Of a stretch of 64,000 nucleotides of DNA, positions 56,346 through 64,000 are shown one piece after another. Origin of the DNA: Candidatus Dojkabacteria bacterium (GTDB lineage Bacteria > Patescibacteriota > Dojkabacteria > JAHIVN01); NCBI GenBank assembly GCA_016932045.1, contig JAFGDO010000030.1, positions 10,172 to 74,171 of the forward strand, written 5' to 3'. The first letter of the stretch is position 1, and each line of letters opens with the position of its first letter. The translations under genes were made by a program, and so were the position numbers. Under the pieces are notes generated by a model. The model saw only the letters and a program-made list of their open reading frames with translations, did not search any database and was not told the origin of the DNA.

Positions 56346-58547
56346 TCAAAAGTCTTCTTCCCTTTCTATTCTTTTCAGTTTTGCATACTGCAGTGAGAGC
56401 TGTTTAACTCCAACAAGCGGACCGAAGTCTACTTTAACCAAATCACCATCTGTTTCTACTACTGTCCCCTTTTCAAATTCCGCATGCTCAACTCTATCAC
56501 CAACCGAAAGATCTAATTGCTCTTTATGATCTAACCGAGCAGAATATTCATTTATCCCGCTTTGATCATTTTGGTCATCCGGATCGCTTAGATCCTCTTG
56601 TTCTTCCCCATCCCAGCTTGCATACTCAACAAGTTCTTCGGGAATATCCCCAACGAACCTTGAAACTAAGTTATTCTGCACTGATCCAAAATATCTTCTA
56701 CTTTCAGCATGGGTGAGAAATAATCTGTCCTTCGCCCTTGTAATGCCAACATAAGCTAATCTCCGTTCCTCCTCCATCTCAGATGGATCAATGTAACTCC
56801 TAGAATGAGGAAACAGGCCTTCTTCCATTCCAATTATAAATACATCCTTGAATTCTAACCCCTTTGCAGAATGGAGCGTCATCAACGTAACTCTATTATG
56901 ATCTTGTTCCATGTCTGCCTTTATCTGTTGCTCTTCAATGAGTGATACCTCATTTAAGAATTCAGCAAGAGACGTCTGCGGCTCCAATTCTTTGAATTTC
57001 TCCGCCACTGTTAGGAGTTCCTTAAGGTTCTCGATTCTTGCCTGATTCTCCTCGGTCCCGTCATCCAGCCACTCAGTATAGCCTGTTTCGTCAAGAACAA
57101 ATTCTATAAGTTGTGTAATGTTCAGCTCATCTGATGCTTTTATAAGCTTCCCCAAAACCCGAATGAAATTTTTTACAGCCTCACTATTTGTACTCACTTT
57201 TTTCCTTTGGCTCCCACCTCCTATAAGATACTCACACATAGACAATCCCTGCTCTTTTGCTTCCCGTTCTATTTTGTTGATTGTCACAGCGCCAATTTTC
57301 CTTGGCGGAGTATTTATGATTCTTTTCAAACTCACATTATCACTAGAATTATAGATCACTCTTAAATAGGCTAAAACGTCCTTAATTTCCTTTCTCTGAT
57401 AAAAACTCTGGCCTTTAAAAATTCTATATGGAATTCCACAAACGAGCATCGCTTCTTCTACCACCCTAGATTGAGCATTTGTACGGTACAGAATAGCAAC
57501 ATCATTGAGATTGTCTTGTAATGATTCCTTGATAATTTCCGTTACAAATCTTGCTTCATCCTTTTCATCCATGGCTGTATAAACTTGTATCGGGAAACCG
57601 CTCTCCCTTTCTGTCCAGAGTTTCTTCGCCTTTCTGCTTTCATTATGCCGAATGACATCAAATGCTGCTTCAAGTATTTTTTTCGTACTGCGATAATTTT
57701 GTTCGAGTTTTATCACTCTTGTTTCTGGATAATCTTGTTCGAAAGACAAGATATTCTTTATTGTTGCACCACGCCAGCTATAGATAGCCTGATCATCATC
57801 CCCGACAACACAAATGTTGTGATGGGTTTTAGCTATAGAATTTACAAAGATGTATTGCGCATGATTTGTATCTTGGTACTCATCAACAAGCACATACTTA
57901 AACAATCTTTGATATTTCTCTAAAACGTCAGTTGTATTCTGAAACAAATCAACTGTTTTACCGATTAAATCATCAAAATCAAGCGCGCTGTTATCTCTAA
58001 GAATTGTTTGATATGCAGGGTAAATCGCTGCCACAGCTGACTGAAAGTACCCCTTTGCATAATCTCTATACAAATCAGGAGTTATGAGCTCATTCTTAGC
58101 GCCAGAAATATAAGTAAGAACAGATTTTGGGTTAAACTCTTTTGTATTTAAACCTAAATTCTTCATTGCTTGTTTTACTGCGGCTATCTGGTCATCTTCA
58201 TCATAAATTGTAAAATTCGGATTGACTCCAATATTTTGGCCATCCCGACGCAGAATTTTTACACAGATCGAATGAAAAGTACCTATGAAAGGAGGAACAT
58301 AAGCCAGCTTCTGTTTGCTACTTGCTGTTAGTTCCCTTACTCTTTCCTTCATCTCGCCGGCAGCCTTATTTGTAAATGTAACTGCCAAAATTTCATTCGG
58401 TCTTGCGAGTTTTTTTTCTAAAATATGTGCGATTCTATACGTAATAACACGAGTCTTACCAGACCCTGCTCCAGCAAGTATAAGAAGTGGCCCTTCAGTC
58501 TCTTGCACAGCCTGTTTTTGAGGACTATTTAAATCGTCTAAAATCAT
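56346..58547 (-). CDS. pcrA: ATP-dependent DNA helicase UvrD/PcrA
   Basis: 733 aa. AGAGSGKT Walker A, DEYQDTN, and C-terminal UvrD motifs. Confidence 0.9.
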   Translation of the reverse strand: MILDDLNSPQKQAVQETEGPLLILAGAGSGKTRVITYRIAHILEKKLARPNEILAVTFTNKAAGEMKERVRELTASSKQKLAYVPPFIGTFHSICVKILRRDGQNIGVNPNFTIYDEDDQIAAVKQAMKNLGLNTKEFNPKSVLTYISGAKNELITPDLYRDYAKGYFQSAVAAIYPAYQTILRDNSALDFDDLIGKTVDLFQNTTDVLEKYQRLFKYVLVDEYQDTNHAQYIFVNSIAKTHHNICVVGDDDQAIYSWRGATIKNILSFEQDYPETRVIKLEQNYRSTKKILEAAFDVIRHNESRKAKKLWTERESGFPIQVYTAMDEKDEARFVTEIIKESLQDNLNDVAILYRTNAQSRVVEEAMLVCGIPYRIFKGQSFYQRKEIKDVLAYLRVIYNSSDNVSLKRIINTPPRKIGAVTINKIEREAKEQGLSMCEYLIGGGSQRKKVSTNSEAVKNFIRVLGKLIKASDELNITQLIEFVLDETGYTEWLDDGTEENQARIENLKELLTVAEKFKELEPQTSLAEFLNEVSLIEEQQIKADMEQDHNRVTLMTLHSAKGLEFKDVFIIGMEEGLFPHSRSYIDPSEMEEERRLAYVGITRAKDRLFLTHAESRRYFGSVQNNLVSRFVGDIPEELVEYASWDGEEQEDLSDPDDQNDQSGINEYSARLDHKEQLDLSVGDRVEHAEFEKGTVVETDGDLVKVDFGPLVGVKQLSLQYAKLKRIEREEDF

Positions 58548-58784
58548 TGTTTAACTTTCTTCACAGATCACTTAGACCATATATCACAAGTTAAGCTTGC
58601 TTCGCAAGCACCGTGCCTTGTTACATTATTACATAACGAAGTAGTGAAGAAATTGAATACCTTACAAGCTAATGATAATCATTGCTCTAATTATTCAATT
58701 TCCTGAACCACAAGTTACGCTTTGAAGCAATTATAGGAAATATTGATTTTCTAGTCGACATTCATTTATAATCGCTTAGATATA

Positions 58785-60026
58785 TTGTTCAAGTCCCCAC
58801 CTATGGAAGAAGACAAAAACTCACAAGAGAGTTTATCCCTAGAGTTGCCCAAAGTAAACAATCGTGTTATAGATGAAGAGATAAAAGAAGAAAGAGATGA
58901 AAAAAAGGTCATCCTCGCACTTACCTTTATTGGTATCTTCTTGTCAATTATTGTGGGACATAAATTCTTCTTATTCTTGAAAAAACAGGTAATAGGCAAC
59001 AGTCGGTCAACTCAAATATCAATTGAGGAAGAAATTCAAGCGGAGGATAGTGAATCAGACTCTAATGTTATAAACAAGATTGCATATATAACCTCAGGAG
59101 ACATCTGGGTCTATGACCTGGATGAATCAAAAAATATTCAAGTTACAAGTGACGGTGGAATAGACTCTAAGTATACAAGCATTGCTTGGAAAGATACTGA
59201 GCAGCTGACTTTCTCGAAGTGTCAAACTGTTTCTTGTAATATTCAAACCCATCACATTTCCGAGGGAAAAACTGATGAGGTTTTTAAAACAGATAATGAG
59301 GAGATAATCTCACTTAGATGGGCTCACAAAGGAGATAAACTTGCATATCTTTTTAGAAGGGAAAACTTTATTTATCTCACAGTTAAATATGGGGACATAT
59401 TTAGAAACCTAGGTAAATTCTCCTATATGGGTGAAAAGGCAATCGACTATAATGATGCATTGTACATCCGTTTTTCTCCAAATGATGAAAAAATCATGCT
59501 TGTAAATACATTCTCTAAGCCTGAGGATCCTTCCCTTGTCGTGCTAACAACAAATGGAGAAGAGATACTCGTACTAAAAGAAGAAGGCGGAGCTCTTCCA
59601 TCTTTTGGTTTTTTCACAAGTGATGACACCATTTACTACAAAAGAGGCGAGTTCCTCTATGTAAGATCACTTAGTGAGAATAGAGAAACCCAACTGACAG
59701 ATAGAATCATAGGAGCCTTTGATTTCCAACCCTCTCCCGACAAGGCTTCAATTACTTACTGGACCTTTGATTGGCCAAGTGGCGTATCAACTATCTGGAT
59801 ATATGAGATCGGATCTGATTCTATAAAAAGGCTTCGTGACCAAGAATCATATCCGGTCTGGGTCAATAGTAGCACACTCGTTACACTTCACCTTCCAAAT
59901 TGTCCTACTTGTCCGCGCTTCAATTTGAAATTTGGAGGATTCAGCAGAACAGACTTAAAAACAAAAGTCGTATCCCCCCTCATCGATTTAGAGAATTTAG
60001 AGATGTTCACCGCAGAGAAATCCTGA
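58785..60026 (+). CDS. membrane-anchored beta-propeller (TolB/PD40-like) protein
   Basis: 413 aa. TM at aa 40-60. Repeated ...SGDIWVYDL...Q(V/L)T.DG... blades. Confidence 0.4.
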   Translation: MFKSPPMEEDKNSQESLSLELPKVNNRVIDEEIKEERDEKKVILALTFIGIFLSIIVGHKFFLFLKKQVIGNSRSTQISIEEEIQAEDSESDSNVINKIAYITSGDIWVYDLDESKNIQVTSDGGIDSKYTSIAWKDTEQLTFSKCQTVSCNIQTHHISEGKTDEVFKTDNEEIISLRWAHKGDKLAYLFRRENFIYLTVKYGDIFRNLGKFSYMGEKAIDYNDALYIRFSPNDEKIMLVNTFSKPEDPSLVVLTTNGEEILVLKEEGGALPSFGFFTSDDTIYYKRGEFLYVRSLSENRETQLTDRIIGAFDFQPSPDKASITYWTFDWPSGVSTIWIYEIGSDSIKRLRDQESYPVWVNSSTLVTLHLPNCPTCPRFNLKFGGFSRTDLKTKVVSPLIDLENLEMFTAEKS

Positions 60027-60256
60027 ACTCAATTTATCTAAACCACAAAATCCAGAGCAAAGTCTATATCAACGCTAAAGTTTTGTGTAAAAATATGGTA
60101 TAATAATGTATCTATTGGGAAGAATTCTGTATTAAATTGAGTATGGCACATTAATAATAATTTATTATATCCACTTAACTCAGAACTTAGGATTCAACCC
60201 AAATTAGGTGTCTTTCCGAATTTGATCAATAAAGAATTAATTTAAGTAAAATTCGC

Positions 60257-60733
60257 ATGTTTAAAAAAGGCGAAAAAGTGATTTACCCCAAACACGGTGC
60301 AGGTAAGATTATCGGCATAATAGAACAGGATATCGGGGGCAAAAAGCTTAAGTATTATAAAATTAGTTTCTTAAATTCCTCCATTGATGTATCCATACCT
60401 ATTGAGAAAGCTGAGGAACTCGGATTACGTCGTCCACTGACCAAAAGAGTACTAACTGATGCCTTAAAAAAACTAAATAAAAGAACCCATATAAATAAAA
60501 AGACTTTAATCACTCTCGATATTGTCTCAAAAGAAAAGCTAGGCAGTGGAAAGCTTGAAGATGTCATTGATCTTGTCAATCTTTTAAGGTCACTTGCGAA
60601 ACAAAAGGAAGAGGAGAATAAAAACTTTAGCTACTCCTACTCTGATAGACTAGAAATTGCAATCGAATTTATCAAGTCAGAAATTGAACAAGTGCTTGGT
60701 AAGAGTGCCCTCAAGAAGTATCATCTGGAATAA
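60257..60733 (+). CDS. carD: CarD/CdnL family RNA-polymerase-binding transcription factor
   Basis: 158 aa. FKKGEKVIYPKHGAGKIIGI N-terminal RNAP-interaction (Tudor-like) motif. Confidence 0.75.
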   Translation: MFKKGEKVIYPKHGAGKIIGIIEQDIGGKKLKYYKISFLNSSIDVSIPIEKAEELGLRRPLTKRVLTDALKKLNKRTHINKKTLITLDIVSKEKLGSGKLEDVIDLVNLLRSLAKQKEEENKNFSYSYSDRLEIAIEFIKSEIEQVLGKSALKKYHLE

Positions 60734-60912
60734 TATTGCTACATCTTGCACATTTACTCGACTTCCCAGAAACCAATTCTCTATCTTTTGAATTTCTATA
60801 CCAGTTCCCGAGATTAGTATAACTGCTCAAGAGAAAATGCTCACGCCCTTCTCCCTTCCCCCGTCACACATTTTATGCTATATTTAAGTCACAACTATTT
60901 GATGCCCCATTT

Positions 60913-63399
60913 ATGAATAAATTTTTGAAATCTGACCTAAAAACCAAGATAATCGCAGGCTGTTTCGTCATAGGTATCATACTTCTCATATGGCCGGCAC
61001 AACAAAAAATTGAAGAGCTACCGGCAACTGGAGAAACAGAACCTGTAACAATAGAGCTTACAGTTGATAAACAGGATGTACAAAGAGATGACCCCTCAGA
61101 TAATGCACAAATAGTAAATTACACTATCACAATAAGAAATAATGCTGAGTGCACTCCAGTACCTATTGACTCGATACTTGTTTTTGACAAATCTGGAAGT
61201 ATGTCATCTTTAATGGACGGAGCTAAACAGGCCGGAATAACCTTTGTAAATAATCAGGACTTTTCCAAGGATCAAACAGGCATAGTAGCATATGACAGCT
61301 CGGGATATCTTATCCAAACTTTGACAACCTCACAAACAAACCTTGTAAATGGCATTAATTCGATATCTGCAGGAGGATTGACAAATATTGGTGAGGGGAT
61401 TTTACTTGCAAAGAACGAGCTGCTTTCAGGGAGACATAACCCTCAAGCATCACAAGTTATGATAATCTTCACAGATGGACGTGCAAATAGGCCTCAAGAC
61501 ACCACATATGCACCGCAATACGCTCTTTCTCAAGCCACTTTAGCGAAGGAGGCGGGAATTAGAATAATTTCTATAGCATATGGCAGCTACTCCGATACAA
61601 GCCTTATGCAACAAATCGCTTCCCCCGGATCAGGCAATTACTATTTCGCTCCGACCGGGCAGGATATGGTGAACATCTATGCCGCAATATCAGAGGATTT
61701 ACAAGGCAATTCACCTGATACACAGGTTTCAATCGACCTTACCCCCTTCCAAAACATCATTGATCTGCTTAATGTTTCGAGTGATGGGATATATACACAA
61801 GGTGAGCTTATATGGAATCTAGGAACTTTGCAGTGTCAAGAATCTGCATTCTTAGAATTTTCGCTTGGAATTAATAATAATGCTCAGGATTTAGACTTAC
61901 TAGACTTGATCGCCACTGTTTCAAATAGCTCGGGACTTAGCATAGTTAGTTCAAATGTAATTACAACAGTGCATGCTCCAAGGTTAAGCATTTCAAAGAC
62001 TGACCATAGAGATACCGCTATGCCTGGAGATGTCTTAGATTATGAAATCTCCATTACCAACGAAGGAACAGGAAATGCTTACGGAGTTACAATCACCGAT
62101 ATACTTCCCGATAATTTCTTCAACTTGGATATCAACTCGATATCTGATAATGGGCAAAGAACAAATGGCGAAATCCTCTGGGATAACGGAGGGAATGGGT
62201 ATACCTTAGATGGATCATTTGAACCCACTGGAAGTCCATGGATAAATTCGTTACTAGTGAGTTTTTCTGGGAATGTTGGGGCAGATATGGATCCTGGCCT
62301 GTATACTCTTTTAAATATAGTTCAACTTGAAACAGCAAATGGATTTTCTGATGAAGCCTTTGATGAAACAGATATCCCCTACGCCCCTGACTTATCAATC
62401 ACAAAATCATCCGTGCCACCTGTCTATACATATCCTGGCGGTACAGTTTTATATACTATAACCATTACAAACAATGGCAATATTGATGCAACCGATGTAA
62501 TAGTGACAGACGACTTTGACGAATTGAATATATCTGTTAACCCTGAAGATGGATATGTCAGTAACGGCTACATAGTTTGGATAGTAGGTGATCTAGCAGT
62601 TGGAGAGTCGAAAATCATAACTTATGAAGCCCTTATTGATACCACTCTTCCAGAAAACACCATTCATATACCAAATGAATCCATTGTTACTTTGCATGAA
62701 CCCGATATTGATGAATCAGATAATATTGCTCTTCACGAGGTGATTGCAACACTCAACCCTGTTCTGGACATATCAAAAACTTCCGATAAAACTACATATA
62801 GATTAGGCGAAGAGGTAGAATACACTCTTGCGATTACAAACAACAGCAGCGCTGACGCATATAACCTTAACCTTGCCGACCTTATCACTAAAGAATTCAA
62901 CTACGTATCGGGATCTGCTAAGCTTAACGGGGTAACACTCTCAAATCCGGAAGGTACACAGAATCTAATCTGGGATCTTGGTAATTTACCTACAAACCAA
63001 ACCATCGAACTTGTCTTTAGGGTAAGAATGAATAATGATTGTGTGCCAGGCAATTATCCGAATACAGGAACAATTACATGGGAAGATGAAGTAGATAATC
63101 CATTTGGCCCACTTAATGCAAGTACAACTATATCAATAGTCGAAGAATCAACATTCCAAGAAACAACAGATCTAGGTGTAGCCGAACCAGAGACACTGGT
63201 TAACGATATTATTACAACCGCTCAAGTTCTAGGGGAAAGACTTGTAAAAACAGGTGAAGCGCTCATATATCTGAAGGTACTTGCTGGACTTCTACTTGCA
63301 CTTCCATTACCTTTGATGTTAATCTTTGGTAGTACAAGCAAGAAGACTCCGAAGAAAAAAAGAGTAAAATCCAGGAGGAAAAAGTCGAGAAAGAAATAA
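60913..63399 (+). CDS. surface protein: N-terminal vWA domain, DUF11 repeats, C-terminal LVKTG-like motif plus TM plus poly-basic tail
   Basis: 828 aa. MIDAS motif VFDKSGSMSS. Repeated TITNNGN.DATDV(I/T)VTD modules. Ends ...RLVKTGEALIYLKVLAGLLLALPLPLMLIFG-STSKKTPKKKRVKSRRKKSRKK. Confidence 0.65.
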   Translation: MNKFLKSDLKTKIIAGCFVIGIILLIWPAQQKIEELPATGETEPVTIELTVDKQDVQRDDPSDNAQIVNYTITIRNNAECTPVPIDSILVFDKSGSMSSLMDGAKQAGITFVNNQDFSKDQTGIVAYDSSGYLIQTLTTSQTNLVNGINSISAGGLTNIGEGILLAKNELLSGRHNPQASQVMIIFTDGRANRPQDTTYAPQYALSQATLAKEAGIRIISIAYGSYSDTSLMQQIASPGSGNYYFAPTGQDMVNIYAAISEDLQGNSPDTQVSIDLTPFQNIIDLLNVSSDGIYTQGELIWNLGTLQCQESAFLEFSLGINNNAQDLDLLDLIATVSNSSGLSIVSSNVITTVHAPRLSISKTDHRDTAMPGDVLDYEISITNEGTGNAYGVTITDILPDNFFNLDINSISDNGQRTNGEILWDNGGNGYTLDGSFEPTGSPWINSLLVSFSGNVGADMDPGLYTLLNIVQLETANGFSDEAFDETDIPYAPDLSITKSSVPPVYTYPGGTVLYTITITNNGNIDATDVIVTDDFDELNISVNPEDGYVSNGYIVWIVGDLAVGESKIITYEALIDTTLPENTIHIPNESIVTLHEPDIDESDNIALHEVIATLNPVLDISKTSDKTTYRLGEEVEYTLAITNNSSADAYNLNLADLITKEFNYVSGSAKLNGVTLSNPEGTQNLIWDLGNLPTNQTIELVFRVRMNNDCVPGNYPNTGTITWEDEVDNPFGPLNASTTISIVEESTFQETTDLGVAEPETLVNDIITTAQVLGERLVKTGEALIYLKVLAGLLLALPLPLMLIFGSTSKKTPKKKRVKSRRKKSRKK

Positions 63400-63431
63400 G
63401 TTAAGCCTAAAAGGCATAAAAAGAAAAAAAC

Positions 63432-64000
63432 ATGGATCCCAAAATTAACGAACTAAAAAACAGAATATCAGAATTAGAAAAACAAATAAAAGAACAGGGA
63501 GAGAAAGGCCCAGAAAAAGAACCTGCTGATTCATTTGAACCTCTAAAGATCCTTCTAGCATGGAAGGCTCCTGCAAGAATATTTGTACAGAGAGATAAGC
63601 CTTGGTTCTTAAAAATAGCAATAATCGCATTATTTATAATTCTCTTTTTCGCTTTTTTACAGGACTTTTTTGTCATTCTGGTCGTTTGCATTACAGTCCT
63701 TGTAGCATTCTTGCTCGCATCTATACCTCCTCAAACTGTAGAACATAGACTAACCAACAAAGGTATATACTCCATTGACACCATGTATAAATGGGATGAT
63801 CTTAAAGAATTCTGCATTGCCGAGAAGACGAATCGAAAGGTTTTATATGTAGCGACAAAACTGACATTTCCAAGCCGCCTGGTCATCTTGATCCATGATA
63901 AGGACGAAGAAAATATCGTAAGAATGATCGGAGAAAAATTAACTTACAAGACAACTGAGGAAAAGCAAGGATGGGTTTCAAAAGTAACCGATGGTATGAT
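63432..64000 (+). CDS. hypothetical membrane protein (coiled-coil N-terminus, two TM helices); 3-prime end outside window
   Basis: ATG at 63432 opens a frame that runs to the window end without a stop. Coherent features: ELKNRISELEKQIKEQ coiled coil, then two hydrophobic helices. The listed antisense ORFs 63407..63691 and 63445..63630 look spurious. Confidence 0.35.
   Translation, partial: MDPKINELKNRISELEKQIKEQGEKGPEKEPADSFEPLKILLAWKAPARIFVQRDKPWFLKIAIIALFIILFFAFLQDFFVILVVCITVLVAFLLASIPPQTVEHRLTNKGIYSIDTMYKWDDLKEFCIAEKTNRKVLYVATKLTFPSRLVILIHDKDEENIVRMIGEKLTYKTTEEKQGWVSKVTDGM

Noticed and set aside
63407-63691. 94-aa and 61-aa minus-strand ORFs at the window end
   Set aside because: The plus-strand frame from ATG 63432 gives a coherent coiled-coil-plus-TM protein running to the window end. 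The minus ORFs are its antisense shadow.
1-64000. Archaeal (DPANN) origin, considered because of split/partial tRNA-like fragments and surface-protein style
   Set aside because: SecG, LemA, XseAB, sigma-70/ECF, CarD and the bacterial-type tRNA-Leu D-loop all point to a bacterium.
1-64000. CRISPR arrays, rRNA genes, integrase or prophage modules
   Set aside because: No regularly spaced short direct repeats with unique spacers, no rRNA-like conserved stretches and no integrase/recombinase ORF were found. The tandem repeats present are of 33 and 91 bp, with no spacer architecture.

Overview
This window is a low-GC (about 35%) bacterial chromosomal fragment with the gene content and style of a small-genome Candidate Phyla Radiation (CPR, Microgenomates-like) lineage. 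It is gene-dense with short spacers and few Shine-Dalgarno sequences. It has bacterial-type tRNAs (Pro-GGG and Leu-CAG) and bacterial markers: SecG, LemA/DUF2207, XseAB, UvrD/PcrA, an ECF sigma/anti-sigma pair, CarD, RsmE and RlmN. It also has many membrane-anchored or sorted surface proteins: cohesin-like, vWA-DUF11, a Cys-rich repeat protein and a Trp-rich repeat protein.

Recognisable housekeeping genes: glutamate dehydrogenase (gdhA), two GH1 beta-glucosidases, exonuclease VII (xseA/xseB), rlmN, rsmE, an ABC-F ATPase, an ADP-forming acyl-CoA synthetase, prs, rpiB, two NUDIX hydrolases, mannose-1-P guanylyltransferase, apbE, uvrD/pcrA, carD, secG, a family-5 solute-binding protein, and two DUF362 paralogs.

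Observations that stood out:
- A tandemly duplicated two-gene module (about 110-aa unknown protein convergent with a stand-alone receiver-domain protein) with conserved leader sequences.
- A REP-associated tyrosine transposase (RAYT/IS200-like HUH) gene together with several families of palindromic and mosaic intergenic repeats, including a composite element of about 120 nt in three copies with compensatory stem changes.
- Two near-identical promoter-hairpin-U-tract units that look like a tiny sRNA gene pair.
- tRNA-Pro preceded by a 5-prime-half tRNA-like fragment and a 91-bp tandem repeat.
- A radical SAM gene whose canonical ATG N-terminus is separated from its CX3CX2C core by an in-frame TAG, preceded by a promoter/leader/terminator arrangement.
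- A superoxide-reductase domain fused to a long Pro/Thr/Glu-rich region.
- A minus-strand cluster (UbiA prenyltransferase with a DPPR-synthase-like motif, DUF362, a 4-TM DMT, rpiB, prs, NUDIX x2) that suggests a polyprenyl-phospho-ribose pathway.

No CRISPR array, rRNA or obvious prophage was seen. All calls rest on reading motifs by eye; no similarity searches could be run.
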